A stretch of DNA of 64,000 bases from Octopus sinensis (lineage: Eukaryota), in assembly GCF_006345805.1 (NCBI RefSeq), contig NC_042997.1, positions 61,194,001 through 61,258,000 of the forward strand, in the 5' to 3' direction. A model generated the notes under the pieces. The model saw only the letters and a list, made by a program, of their open reading frames with translations, had not been told where the DNA came from and made no database searches. Shown piece after piece: positions 34,191 through 47,860 of the stretch; the stretch's first letter is position 1; each line of letters opens with the position of its first letter. Position numbers and translations under genes: made by a program.

Positions 34191-35974
34191 TATATATATA
34201 TATATAGTGCCATCTTTTCATTCAAAAAGTTTCCATATGGTTTATATCTACCAATTTCAATCACAAGGTTTTGCTTGACTTTGATAGATTTTGGTCAACT
34301 TTATGCTGTGATTGAAAAAAAGATGTCTAAAGGACTTTGCAGTGGATTCAAACCTGAAACAACATCCCACAATACCTGTGGCCTACACACGCATACACTT
34401 ATCATCATCATCATCATCAGCAGCAGCATTTAGCATCTGTTTTCCATACTGGCTTAGGTTGGACAGTTTGACAGGATCTGGTGAGCCACATGGTTCTGCC
34501 AAGTTCCAGTGTTGGCTTTGGCATGGTTTCTATTGTTGGATGCTCTTCCTAACATCAGCCACATTACAGTGTGTACCAAGTGCTTTTATTTGTGCCACCA
34601 GCACTAATGAGGTTTGCCAAGTAACTTGCAAGAGAAAAAGAAAGGGGAAAAGGAAAGGCTCCCTGCTACTAAGTGGGGATGGAGGAGAAAGTGTATTTAT
34701 GCCAGGTGTTTAAAAGCTAATCAACTACCTCTTCCCTTTAATTGTACTTTAATTAGAATCAGTTATTGTTATCATCAGTTCTTATAAAAAAATAAAAGGA
34801 CACAGATTCATAAGGGAAGGGTTGAACCAGTTCCAGTATATGATCAGTCCATATTTTATTGACCCGAGTGAAGTAAATAGTGAAGTTGACCTTGGAAAGA
34901 TTTGAAATGAGAATCTAGAGGGGGAAAGAAATTGTTATTGACAAGTTCCATGAAGCAAGGGGTAAGCCTTACCCCTTTCATTATTGTATTTAGAATTTCT
35001 CTGTGTTTCTTTCAATTAATTTTAAATATAACAAAGAATTTAGTAAAATAACTTAGTTATCATTAAGCTAATGTTAGGAACATAAATTGTGAGTAAGATT
35101 TTAATTAAAAATTTATGGAAACAAAACATTTGTACTACAGAGCCAGAGGCAGTTTCAGCCTGGTTGGTATTGAAATTATGAAGATAAGACAAACCCAGTT
35201 TGCAACATAACTTCAGCTTCTTTTCAAAATATTTCACTTCCAGTGTAACATTAAAAACACTTCTGTTTCTCATATTCCTTCCATTAAAGTATAGAATCTT
35301 TGTATCAAGCTAAAAGAAGTCAATAAATTATTAAATCATGAATTGTTATGGTTTTCTGATCCCACTTTAGACAAAACCCATTTTACTTCTTTTCAGCTAC
35401 CTGCCTGTTTTTGCATAAGGTCTCACAAAAGAGCCCTTTTAAAGAAATTCATACATGGAAGGTATAAAAAAGAAAACAAAATTTCATCTTAAAAATTTTT
35501 CTTAGGAGATAAATAAAATGTATTTCTATGCATGTCATTTGGGTTTAAGTGCTGTTTATTGGGATGGCAAACATGGTGAAGTACTATATTGTTGAAGTAG
35601 ATTGCTAAAAGCTACTCTCTAAAATATGCAATTTATATAATGGAGAAAAACTTAAAATACATTTAAATTCTGGAGTTTAGATGGGTTAGTATCATTTCTA
35701 TAATCCTTGTAGTTAACCTCAGCATCACCATCATCATCATACTTATTAGTTCAACAGTAATTTTTTTTTTTATGCTGCTTTAACTAAATGCATATCCACC
35801 CAGAACTAGTCACATGCAGACCAAGATTACAAGGATACCAGCCTTATAGATACACATCTCTACACAAATCTCTTGCTACCTCAATCCTAACTCTTACAGA
35901 ACATCATAAGATTAGATCTAATCTCAGGTTTGATAATGATGGTGATTATCATTATCATTTATTGTTGTGGTAAA

Positions 35975-37210
35975 TAAGGTAGTGAGTTGGCAAAATCATC
36001 AGCATGCTGGACAAAATGTTTAGTGACATTTCATCTGCCTTCATGTTCGTACCAGTTGGATGTAATTAACTTACACCCGACCCCCAAATTGTTGTCTGTA
36101 TATCAAAATTTGAAATCATTATTATTATGGTGAATTATGAGTTCAAACTTGACAAGATCAACTTAATGTTTTGTCTTTTCTGAGTCAATAAAATAAATAC
36201 CAGTTGAGCACTGGGATCGATATAATTGACTTAATGCCTCCCCTTAAATAGCTGGCCTTGTGCCAAAATTTGAAACTATTATCATTATTATAGTGGATTG
36301 GCAGAATCATTTGAGTATTTGTATTTGTTCCTGCTCTTTACATTTTGGGTTCAAATCCTACTGAGGGCAATTTTATGCTTTATCTCCCCAGAGATGATAA
36401 AATAAAGTACCTGTCTTATGTGGGAGTTAATGATATCAACTAACATTCCTCCTCAAAATTGCTGTCAAAATTAAAAACAACATCAATTACAATGATTTCA
36501 AATTTTGATACAAAGCCAGTAATTTGGGGTGAGCAGGTAAGTCGATTTCATTCATCCCTGTACTCAACTGGCACTTATTGACCCCCGAAAGGATGAAAGG
36601 CAAAGTCCACCTTAGTGGAATTTGAGCTCAGAACATAAAGATGGATGAAATGTTGCTTAGAATTTTGTCTGATATGCTAATCATTCTGCCAGCTTGCTGC
36701 CTTAGTAATGATAATAACGATAATGATAAATTAACAATTTTTTCATCTTTTAACCAGTTACAAACAAGTGAAACGAGATAATATCATTTTTGTATTGCAA
36801 GGAATGCAGAATAGTCCAGATAAATTTTTGAATTTTGGCACTCCTGTGCATTTTTCATCTTTGATTATCATTGTCTTATTTTGAACCTGAAGGAAACAGA
36901 CATATTGTTGAGATATTGTTTAGTTTAATACACAAAGTTAATCTTATTGCATATCTTACTCTTCTAATTATGTATTTACTTTGATGAAGCAGTATGTCAA
37001 TCTTCAATAATAATTATAATAGTAATAATAATTTCAAATTTTGGCTCAAGGCCAGCAATTTCTGGGGTGGGGGTTCATTGATTACATTGACCCCAGTGCT
37101 CAACTGGTACTTATTTTATCAATCCTGAAAGGATGAAAGGTAAAGTTGACCCCAGTGGAATTCAAGCTGGATGAAATGCTACTATGCATTTTGTCCAGCA
37201 CAATAACAAT
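35975..37210. mobile_element. Cluster of SINE family C copies in both orientations
   Basis: Plus-strand copies at ~35975-36480; minus-strand copies at ~36490-36720 and ~37030-37210 (ttgaccccgaaaggatgaaaggcaaagt); (ATT)/(AAT) spacers. Confidence 0.75.
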
Positions 37211-37984
37211 CTTACTATCTTGTTGCTATAATGTCACCATCATCGTCATCTTCATCATCATTATTATTATTAGAAGTAGTAATAATAATAATGTGATGGA
37301 CAGCAGACTCGATAGATTGATTAACAAAATGCATTGGTGAATTTATGTGGTAAGTTCAAATTCTGTCTGAATCAACTTTGCATTTCATCCAGTTTTGTGA
37401 GCTTTGTTTTGGTATCTGTAACTCTACCACTAAGATTTGTGTGCTCCACCCCAAGTTAAAAATCTTCATTTTTATTATTAGAATGTTGGAGTGCCTTGTG
37501 GTATTTAGTTACATATGACATCCTGCTGAGATAGGCGACTTTATCTTTCATCAATAAAAATGAATACCAATCAAAAAAACACAGTGATAAACTATGATCA
37601 ACTTAATCTCCCCCATATTAAATTCATCAATGTGTCAAGCCTGACTGGTTAACAGGGAAACTGTGGTTACTATGGTAATGACAAACATTAGATTATTTGA
37701 TCAGTTACTATATATAGAACTGCTATTTGATCCACACAGAAGCAAGGGTGTGTTCTGTCTGCATTGTAAAGAATGCTTATTATATGAGATATTTCTATTG
37801 ATGATTCCTTCAAACTTCCCCTAATAACCATTTTACTTAACTGACTACAAAACAGTATGTGATAAACAATTAAGGAGGAACGCACTATATGATGTAGGAT
37901 GTGTAATGTATGAATTTACAAAAACTATATCAATATATATATATGTAAATGACGTTAAAGTCTATTTCTTTCATTGTTACATAC

Positions 37985-38180
37985 ATGGGTGTTTGTGTAT
38001 ATATATTTGTATGTATGTATAAGTGTGTGTATATATGTATGTGTGTATACATATGTATGTATATATATATGTGTGTGTGTGTATGTATATGTGTATATAT
38101 ATATATGTGTATGCATATATCTGTGTGTACATGTATATGTGTATGTGTGTATATATATGTATGTATGTATTTATATATAT
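37985..38180. repeat. Mixed (TA/TG)n low-complexity tract
   Basis: Direct reading. Confidence 0.9.
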
Positions 38181-40029
38181 TTGGGTTAAGAATCCATACA
38201 AATCAAAGCTTATAGTTAAAAAGTTAAAATGGAAACAGCACAAAAGTATGTTTAAAGATTTTTTTTATGTTACATTAAGTGACCTTTATAAAATACAAGC
38301 TGATACCTGGCAATTTTTACAATAGAATGTCTGATATAAATTTTTGTTTATTCCATGTCTCAACATGCCTTCCCTGACTGATAGGCTTCTTGATCAGGAT
38401 AGATTTGTGCAATTTTTTGCAAAAAAACTTCATTGAGGATTTCTTTTCCTTTTTAAATTATTTACATGTGTGTTTCAGCCATTTCACATGACTTTATTCA
38501 TTAAAACTTATTAAAACTTGAGAATTTCTTACAATTTTAGTCTTTGTAATGCTTTACTTTCATTTGTTTAATAAAAATTCCTCCTCCTGATAATTTTGTT
38601 TTCATTTTATGATAGCTATCATGCAGAAAATGCCAGCTTGCAAATTTTGTTTTCTGATTAAATTTTAATCCTCAGTAACATTTTTCTGGAACAAATAAAT
38701 AACAAAATTGGATTTAGTGTGGAAAATTATCTCAATATACGAAATTTGAAAATTTTGATGTAATTTTAAAATCTCAAAATGTGACAGCAGCAGAGAAGAC
38801 CCTACAAAAATAGAGACAGACACTTACAGGATATGACACACACACACATTTACAAATGTACGCACAGGTAATTACAAGTTTAAAATGGTGTAGATGTATG
38901 TACATATGTGTGTGTGTGTGTCTGTGTCTTTGTAATGGACAGCAGAAAAGCCACCTGACCCCTCTCTCCTTAAAGTTACATATTTCTCACACTCACCTTT
39001 CTCTCCCTTCCTCAGCATTTTAAAAGTTGCTTGTGTGTGTGTGTGTGTGTGTGTGCATGTATCTATGTATTTACAAAACTATGTATGCAGTGTCGTGTGT
39101 ATATGACAGCTGTATTAATGTTACTATCCCATTGCCACTCCATATTTATTGCTTACATAACACTGTTCTCCCCTTCAATCAATCACACTCAGTCTGCTTC
39201 TACTTTTCCCTCAGACTAATACTTTTTTCACTCTTCTCATTTTATCATATAATTTGCCCAACCCACCTAGGTGGCACATTATAGTTTTTTTATTGAAATC
39301 CAATTAGCCTAGTGTAACATGTATGCAAAGTTTCATGAATATTGGTTCGCTGATTTAGGCAGTATGATGATAAAAGACAGACAGAAATTGCCATTTATAT
39401 ATAAGATTACCAGTTTTAATGTGTATGTCCTTCTTATCAAATATTAAAAATTCCAAGTCAAAAGTTAGGAAATAAAATTTCAATTTTTAAAAAATATTTT
39501 TCCATTTTTTTTTCATATTTTTCCAATTTTTTGTTTTCTTATTTCTTAACTTTTCCTTATTTCCTAATTTTTGACTTTGAATTTTTAGTATTTGGTAAGA
39601 TAGACATATACTTTGAAACCAGGAATATTTTATAAAAGTCATATAATGTAACAAATATAAAAAGATCTTTAAACATACTTTTGTGCTGTTTCCACCTTTA
39701 CTTTTTAACTATATATACACATACATATATACATATGAAGTCAAATTCAATACAGGGTCATTGGTTTAAGTTAAAAAGACAAAATGAAGGATTTGGGATC
39801 AACCTTGCAAGATCAACAAGCCTAGACTGTATAAAGGTTTCTTATTTCCGCACAAGAGAAGGAGAATGAACAGAGTTACAAGTTTTGATAACCTTCATTC
39901 TCTCTTTTCTCATTTATTAAACAAAGACTGGAAAATTTGGTGTATTTTTAATTCCATGGTACATGTGTTTCCTTACAATATAGAAGATACTTTATGTATA
40001 TAAATATTATTATTAATCATAATAATTAC

Positions 40030-40410
40030 TATTGGTTTCGCATTTTGGCCCTAGGCCAAGAGTTTTAGCGTCATGGTAAATTGATTACACTGACTCTGAC
40101 CCCAGTGCTCCACTGGTACTTATTTCATTGACCCTGAAAGGATAAAATGCAAAGTCAACCCCAGTAGTATTTGAACCGTGATGGATGAACTGTTGCTAAG
40201 CATTTTACCTGGTATGCTTATGGTTCTGCCAGCTCACCACCTTAAGAATAATAATGATATTATAAGTATTAACAAGGCAGTGAGCTGGCAGAATCATTAG
40301 CATGCCAGGTAAAATGCTTAGCGGCACTTCATCTGTCTTCACATTCTGAGTTCAAAGTTTGTTGAGGTTGACTTTGCTTTCATCCTCCTGGAGTAGATGA
40401 AATAAGTACC
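40030..40410. mobile_element. Head-to-head pair of SINE family C copies
   Basis: Minus-strand copy ~40030-40235; plus-strand copy from aaggcagtgagctggcagaatc ~40273-40410. Confidence 0.8.
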
Positions 40411-42499
40411 AGTAAATTAATAATGTGGAGAACATGCATAGGATCTCCTAAATGGTGCCTCCTCAGACAAAGATTCAAAAATAATTAGCGGAATATGCAT
40501 ATGTGCTTCATGAGGACACAACTTGAATTATAGCCCCTTCTATATACTATTTATAAAACAATATTTAGGTCTACTTCCTTAGTTGCTACACACCTGGTTT
40601 GTTGTTTATTTGTAATTACACATATTTTGTGAGATTTTCTATTTATATCAAAACTTGCTTGAATTGTTACCTGATAATTGGTTAATATAGAATAAATACT
40701 AGTAAGAGTGGCAAGATGGTGAATACAAAAGATGGCTAAATGCATTACAATACCCAGTATTGCTTTTACATGCTAATTTGAGATTCTGTTGAAGCTGTTT
40801 GTTTTCTATTACTCTGGGGGTCAATAAAACAAGTGCAAGTAATATTCTGGAGTTGATTCAATTGACTATACCTTGACCAAAAATATCAGTGCTGTCTATT
40901 GTTCAAAATAATCAATATAGTATGAGGTAAATTCTGTTACATATATATATACTGTTGACCTAATTAATTCTGTTGGTGAGTTGTGGAAGCTGCTGACAAC
41001 AAAATATAGGGTTCATAAGTGGGAAGGAAATGTTTTGAAATCTAATACAGCTATTGGTAATGAAAGCATTCATTATCTGCATGAAATGTTGTTTGTATAT
41101 GTTTTGAATCAGAAGTGTATTGATGGACATTGAATGCTGAGAGAATATAGCAACTGTAAAAAGAGCAAAGTAGGATTTCTTTTGTATCTTTACAATGTGT
41201 CTAACATCCAAAATATTAAAAGATAATACTTTTGGTATCCTTAATTCCACCACAACCACCAAAGAAATCTCCCTAAACATTGCACTATACTTTAGAATTT
41301 GCACCTGCCCTAAGTTTTTCAAACTAGTCCTTTCAATGACTATCTGTTCCAGATGGGGTTTAAGGAAGAATTTAAGCAGATAAAAGTTGAAGAACATCAA
41401 AAGTTCTGATTAGAAGTGAAACAATGCTGATATGAGGCATGACATAACAAGTACAACATTTGTGGAAATATTAAGATAGGTCAATTGGAAAGTGTAAATA
41501 TTATTTGTAAACCTATGTGGTCACCTTTATTGAAATGCTTTAGTTGTCATTAAAATTGAATCTTTGAGATGAAGGACAGTAGTATTATAGATGATAGTTG
41601 TAACAACTATCTATTAAAAAGCATTTCTGGATGAAGTGGCTGCACTAATGGTCATTGTGACCCTCTGGGACAAGTGAGATTAATGCAGTCAGTGTTAGTA
41701 TAATAAGGTTCCAGAGTTTAATACTTACTGAAACATAGATACATATTGTAAATTAAGTGCTGACATACTTAATGCAGTGAGCATAATAACTTTAATTAAT
41801 AAAATCTGTACACATATCAAAGAGAAGAAAATGTAGCAAAATCAGTAGGAAGGGGAGCAGTTGAAAAATTAAAAGTTTGTGAAATAAGTTAAAGTACTAG
41901 AGTCCCAATTAATTAAAATTGGAAATAGGTAATATGATAAAGGGAAAGAAAATTTGATATTTGGCAGACATAGTAACTTCTTAGTGTGTATGTATTATTG
42001 TCATTCATCATTTTAATGTTTATTTTTGTGTTGGCGAAAGAGATGCTGTAAAGAGAAGCAACTACAGAGGTGTCTGATTGACGGGTCAGGTTATGAAGGT
42101 TATTGAAAGCATTATAGCAGAACTGATTAGGAAAGTATTAGTCTAGACATGATGCATTTTGGATTTATACCTAGAGGAAGTTCCAACAATGGCCTTTGTT
42201 TAATGTAACATCTACAGGAAAAGTACTTAGTTACTCTACTTGGCTTTTTAAACATAGGGAAGGCTTTTTGGCAGGGTTTTGCTCTCTGCAATCTGGTGGT
42301 CACTAAGAAAACTAAGATTAGAGGGATGGTTTGTGGGAGATGTCTGCAATACAGTGTATTTCTCAACTGTAGATATTCACTATCAACATACACCACTTTT
42401 ACACCTGGTACTCATTACTCATTCATATCATACATCCATATCAATTTCACTTGTACTGTCTGCATTTCTTAAATGTGGCTGCTATTTTCTCAGCTCACC

Positions 42500-42965
42500 T
42501 GCCCTCTCTCACCATCATTGCAAACACAGTTGAATAGTCCTGACAAAGTCTCTTCACAATTCACAATTTTCCACTGTTTACGATAACTGCTTCTTCCTGA
42601 GGTCTGTATCATCTGAAATTGACTGATAAACGTTTGAACTGGTCTTCCTTTACTGCAAATCGTAACCGTCTTAGACAACTGTAGTTGTTATTTTGGGCAA
42701 GTTTCTGTCAAAACTTTAATTTGTGATACGTTGATACCAGTTTGTTTTGTAAAACCTTAGCATTTTAGCGTATGCACCATCTAGTTTCTTTTCAAGTGCT
42801 TGTGTCAGGGTCCACGTACCTGATCCATACACAACACTGACTCAAAACATAATGTAAACATGCAAGTTGACGCATCTAACAGATCATCTACCTCAATTCT
42901 GTATGTCTTTTCCTCTTGATGTTCATGTCCTACAACCCTACAAATTGATAGTCTTTTACATGAGT
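42500..42965 (-). mobile_element. RTE-like LINE 3' fragment
   Basis: YGSGTWTLTQALEKKLDGAYAKMLRFYKTNWYQRITN*SFDRNLPKITTTVV*RRLRFA, the typical RTE post-RT region. Confidence 0.85.
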
Positions 42966-44189
42966 TCCCTACATCCTATCTTGACACCTTTTCTTTTAAG
43001 GACCATATATAACTGGATAATTTGGTTGTTTTCCATTTATCCCAGTGTCTGAAGGTGTGATTGTTGAACTTTGCTTTAAAATTTCCATCTGTGAGACCCA
43101 CATATTTCTTTGACGAAACTATATCCTTAGTGGTTGTAGAGTCTTTAGTGGCTTCATAAATGATGGCCTCAGTCACAAATTATTAGCAGGCACAAATTTT
43201 AAACTCTGCAGGAACAGCCGGCTTCATTTTGTTGTTTTTGTTTGTGTGCAATTATATTTTTAAAGTTAGTAGTAGAACTAAAACTAATTTTTAAGTTGTG
43301 CCTCTTAAAGAGCTTTCTATAATTATGGTTGATTGGATAATGCCTATCTATAAGTGATAAGAAATATCTATCTGTATTAAAGGTCACTTCGGGGGAGTAA
43401 GTTGGTGTGAACCAGATAATTTTCCTATTCCTATTTTTCCTTTTCTTTGTTACTGGACTAATGACAAGTGTATAGGTTAATTCCTCACTAAAACCACTAT
43501 CTTTTAGAGCTTTATCATATATTGGGGCAACACTATTAAAAATGTTTATACTGGAGGAGAGGCTAGAAATTCACTTGCTAATGTTTTTAACTAAATTCTT
43601 AACTACTAGGGGTGGGGGAGATGGCAGGAACCTACATTAATATAGCTAAGTCTATCATTGAGCTTTCTCTAGGGTTTGTAAATATTCTTATTTAAATCTA
43701 AAGATACATCTAGGAAATTGACAACCATCAGGTTGGTATATATTGTTCAACAATCATGCCTTAAGCTTCAGACACTGGGATAAACAGAAATCAACCAAAT
43801 TATCCAGTTATATATGGTCCTTAAAAGAAAAAGGTGTCAGCTATAAGACTCACTGGAAGATCTTGGCTAAGTGTAAGTTTTACACCAATGGCAGTGGAAA
43901 GTGCGGTCTTTGTTATATGGAAAGATGGCTTCTCTGGAAAAGTTCTTTAGACCCTGCTACATATCTAAATTCAAGAACTGAACTTTTTGGGTCATGTCCA
44001 TATATGACAAAACATTTGCTACGTTTTTGGACCCCCCAAGATCACAGATAGAACCTGATGTTTATATTATGTCCACATACAAGCCTTTCATAAGTCTTAA
44101 CATTTCTTATATATTTCTTATAAATATTTTATTACTTTATATCATTTTTCTGTATATTATCTTTCACCCTTTATAATTGTGTAACTTAT

Positions 44190-44750
44190 ACGCGTGTAGT
44201 ATATACCTAATTTGTATTTGCGTGCATATATACATGTGTATGAATGATTGTATATATTCGAGTGCAAGATACTACCTGTTGTACTTGTCTCCTTCCTTTA
44301 TGCATATATGTATATACGTTTATATATCTGCAGGTGTAGATGTGTTTGACGGACAGGGAGGTGTATTTGTGTATATACATATGTGAATATTTTACGGTTT
44401 ATGTTTTTTGCATATGTTGTTTTTATTTGTATATTCGTCTATCCGTGTATGTTTGTGCATATGCTTATAGACTACGTTTTGTATATCCGCGTATGTATGT
44501 GTATGTGTGTATAGAGATGTGTATATGCATGCGTTTTTGCATGTTTTTATTTGTATATACGTCTTTCCATGTATTTATATGCATGTGCGTATAAACTATG
44601 CTTTGTATATCCACGTATGTGTGTGTGCATATAGAGATGTGTGTATATGAGTGTAGTGATGCGTGCATGGGTATATATGCGTGTATGTGCAGACATATAT
44701 GTATATATGTGTGTTTGTATGTATATGTACACATGTACATGCGTGTGTGA

Positions 44751-44790
<40 letters not shown>

Positions 44791-44830
44791 GCATACATAC
44801 ATACATACATGCGTGTGTATATGCAGATTC
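44190..44830. repeat. Long mixed (TA/TG/TATG) low-complexity tract inside the PLE 3' region
   Basis: Direct reading. Confidence 0.85.
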
Positions 44831-44909
44831 TATGAATGAAGTATTACTTTCATCATGCCTATTGAAGTAATTTCCCTTTATCCAACGTTTTTTTTCATAG
44901 CGTTTGTCT

Positions 44910-44972
44910 TAATAACTGATGAGATGCTGGAGCAGACTTCAGCCCCGGCATCCAAAACTCTGAGTTTTATTA
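44910..44972 (+). ncRNA. Type I hammerhead motif at the PLE 3' end (G12 lost)
   Basis: taataa CTGATGA gatgctggagc agacttca gccccggcatc c AAAA ctc t gag t t ttatta. Stem I is 6 bp, stem II pairs at 10 of 11 positions, AAACTC-T-GAGTTT is palindromic, and the triplet is GUU. Confidence 0.7.
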
Positions 44973-45095
44973 TGACAACCAGCTAATTGTCACACACACA
45001 CACACACACATCTCGTCAGTAGTTCATATATCCAAAAAAGAAATACACTCTAAAGCATTAGAGCAATAATGTATATTTTAGGTAAGTTAAAAGTT

Positions 45096-45286
45096 ATGTT
45101 TTGGATGAGGGCATTGACAAATATAAAACCAGCTGAATGACTATTGGTTTCGCTCCTTTAAAGCACTTTCAGTATAGGCGTCTCGTCAAACTCAAATGGG
45201 TGAAGGCGCATAATCTCTTTAGAACTGGAGAAAGAAATAGATAACATTCAGTTGGTCTAATTTGTCAATGACCTCATCCAAAACAT
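45096..45286. repeat. Inverted repeat with ~42-bp arms and a ~105-bp spacer
   Basis: atgttttggatgagggcattgacaaatataaaaccagctgaatg versus rc atgttttggatgaggtcattgacaaattagaccaactgaatg. Confidence 0.8.
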
Positions 45287-45417
45287 TTTCTATTTCAGAC
45301 TCATTTATTGAATAGTCCCACCACAGCGCCTTCGAATATCACCATGGCTGGAGCCAATGTAAGGGGAATAACTCCGTCTGGCTAACCCCGTCCCACTTCT
45401 AACACTAACATTTTTTT

Positions 45418-45808
45418 TGTTTACTCTTTTACTTGTTTCAGTCATTTGACTGCGGCCATGCTGGAGCACCGCCTTTAGTCGAGCAAATCGACCCAGGGAC
45501 TTATTCTTTGTAAGCCTATTACTTATTCTATTGGTCTCTTTTGCCGAACCTCTAAGTGACGGGAACGTAAACACACTAGCATCGGTTGTCAAGCAATGCT
45601 AGGGGGACAAACACAGACACACAAACACACACATATATACATATATACGACGGGCTTCTTTCAGTTTCCATCTACCAAATCCACTCACAAGGCATTGGTC
45701 GGCCCGGGGCTATAGCAGAAGACACTTGCCCAAGATGTCACGCAGTGGGACTGAACCCGGAACCATGTGGTTGGTTAGCAAGCTACTTACCACACAGCCA
45801 CTCCCGCG
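45418..45808 (-). mobile_element. Young full-length SINE family A
   Basis: CpG-rich reverse-complement copy, from ggcgcgggagtggctgtgtggtaag to gactgaaacaagtaaaagagtaaac. Confidence 0.9.
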
Positions 45809-45928
45809 CCTGTTTGTTTACAAAACCAACTGACTCTTATATATTTCTTCCTCTTTTCCCAGAGAAGTTATGCACCTTCAGCCATTAGAACCTGACAAGT
45901 TATTTCTACTGTTAAACGCTTTATAGTT

Positions 45929-46084
45929 TTTTTTCTCTTCTCTAGGCACAAGGCCCGAAATTTTGGGGGAGGGGGGGCCAGTCGATTACATCGACTCCAC
46001 TGCGTAACTGGTACTTATTTCATCGACCCCGAAAGGATGAAAAGCGAAATCGACCTCGGCGGAATTTGAACTCAGAACGTAGCG
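45929..46084 (-). mobile_element. Young 5'-truncated SINE family C with a perfect 18-bp TSD
   Basis: GTTAAACGCTTTATAGTT at 45911-45928 and 46085-46102; CpGs intact. Confidence 0.9.
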
Positions 46085-47213
46085 GTTAAACGCTTTATAG
46101 TTGCCCAACCAATGGTTTCTCTATGATTGGCTCTAACTATTTATTTCCTAAAATATATGTATATTTATGTGTGGTTGTGGTGTGTGTGTTTGCTTCTCAG
46201 CCATATGGTACCGGGCTCAGTCCTTCTGTGGAACTGTAAGCAAGTGTCTTCTGCTGTAGTATCGGGTCAACGAAAGCCTTGTGAGTGGATTTGGTAGGCG
46301 GGAACTGGAAGAAGTCTGTTCTATGTGTGTGTTTGTGTGTAATTGTGCCTGTTTGTCTTCACCATTGCTTGATGACTGATGTTGGTGTGTATGTCTCTGT
46401 AACTTAGCGGTTCATCAAGAATGTCTGACAGAGTAAGTACCAGGTTTTTAAAAATAGATACTGGGGTTTATTTTTTACTGACTAAAACAAGTAATATATA
46501 TATATATATATTATATATATATATATATATTAAATATACAGTACAAAGTAAGATAGGGATTATGAATGTAACCCACTATGGGATATCAGTTATCCAATAT
46601 AATGCTGGTAAAGTACCCAAATACTACACAAACACACACACACACATGTATATGTTCATGGTTAATTGGCAAAAAATGTAAGCATCCCCAAATATAACAA
46701 TATATGTAAATACAAATACACACATACATATCTTGGTAGAAAATTTCTCTTCTACATGCTATGTGAATGTACTCCAGTTTTTCTTTTCTTTTAAGATGTC
46801 ATTTCTCCTCTCCTATATTGTTCTTTATTTAGACCAATAATATTCCAAGGTTTATCACTGTTTCTAGACCTTTGCCTACTTAATCTTCTGAACACAGAGA
46901 TTATTAACAGTGTTTTTATTGCTGTTTTATAGTAAGCAATAATCATGGAAATTGATGTCCTTATTCTATATATCATTATTGAGTATTAACACCAGGTTTC
47001 TTTTAGCTCTCGGAAAGTGAGCTCAGTTTATTGCTGGAGTGTGCTTTCTGTGTGTTTATGTTAGGATTGTGTTTCGTTATTTATGAAACTTGCTTTGATT
47101 ATTTTTTGATTAGTTCTATGCATGTTTAGGTTTTTGTTTTTGGCTGAATTGTACAACAGATATATTACTAGCTAATTTTTTTCTTCAATCTTGTTTTGCT
47201 GTTGTGTGTGCAT

Positions 47214-47249
<36 letters not shown>

Positions 47250-47589
47250 GCAGCATACAAAAGAGGTTGTAATCCAAACTGTGTCCTCGTGAAGCACATC
47301 TGTATGTTAACAGTATTCAAATGTATGTATATAGGTGTTATATTTTTAAGTCTTTGTCTGAAGTATTATGGACTAGAGATTTTTTTTACACGTATACATC
47401 TGTAACTCCTATCCTGTATTGAAACATCATCATCATTTAACATTTACCTTCTATGCTGGCATGGGTGGGATGAGCTGGCCAGGCAGAAGCCTGCACTAGA
47501 CTTCTGTGACTGTTTTGCCAGGATTTTTTTACAGCTGGTTGCCCTTCCTAACACCAACCACCCAGCATCGGGGTAGTTAGTTTGATTCC

Positions 47590-47860
47590 TGAACCAGGCT
47601 GTGTGTTATGTTCTTGAGCAAGACACTTTGTTTCATGTTGCTCCAGTTCACTCAGCTGTAGAAATGAGAATCGATGTCACTGGTGTCAAGCTGTATCAGC
47701 CTCTGCCTTTTCCTTGGATAACATTGGCAGCATGGAGAGCAAAGGCTGGTATGCATAGGCAACTGCTGATCTTCCATAAACAGCCTTGCCCAGATTTGTG
47801 TTTTGGAGGGTAACTTTCTAAGTTCAATGCTATGGTCATTCATGACCAAAGGTTGTCTTT
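47590..47860 (+). mobile_element. SINE family D variant
   Basis: gtgttatgttcttgagcaagacactttgtttcatgttgctccagttcactcagctgtagaaatgag...ctggtgtcaagctgtatc, shared with 59712. Confidence 0.75.

Larger units (their letters stand above)
42976..44990. mobile_element. Penelope-like element: minus-strand RT C-terminus, linker and GIY-YIG N-terminus (43738-42976), plus an inverted plus-strand copy of the endonuclease C-terminus, 3' UTR and hammerhead (43743-44990)
   Basis: Minus strand: VVNFLDVSLDLNKNIYKP*RK...ALKDSGF...RKNRNRKIIWFTPTYS...YFLSLIDRHYP...KISFS...IIYEAT...KKYVGLTDGNFKAKFNNH. Plus strand: FNNHALSFRHWDKQKSTKLSSYIWSLK...CGLCYMER...LNSRTELFGSCPY. Confidence 0.9.

Noticed and set aside
35396-36890. 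Plus-strand exon-like segments at ~35396-35460 and from ~36757
   Set aside because: Good acceptors but a weak or missing donor and no recognisable protein; expected by chance in AT-rich DNA.
40960-41400. 146-aa minus-strand ORF, the longest non-TE-assigned ORF
   Set aside because: No motif and no consistent splice signals; possibly antisense to a decayed element.
46796-46931. 136-nt open segment between a pyrimidine-rich AG and GTAAGC
   Set aside because: Low-information hydrophobic translation, with no support beyond the splice dinucleotides.
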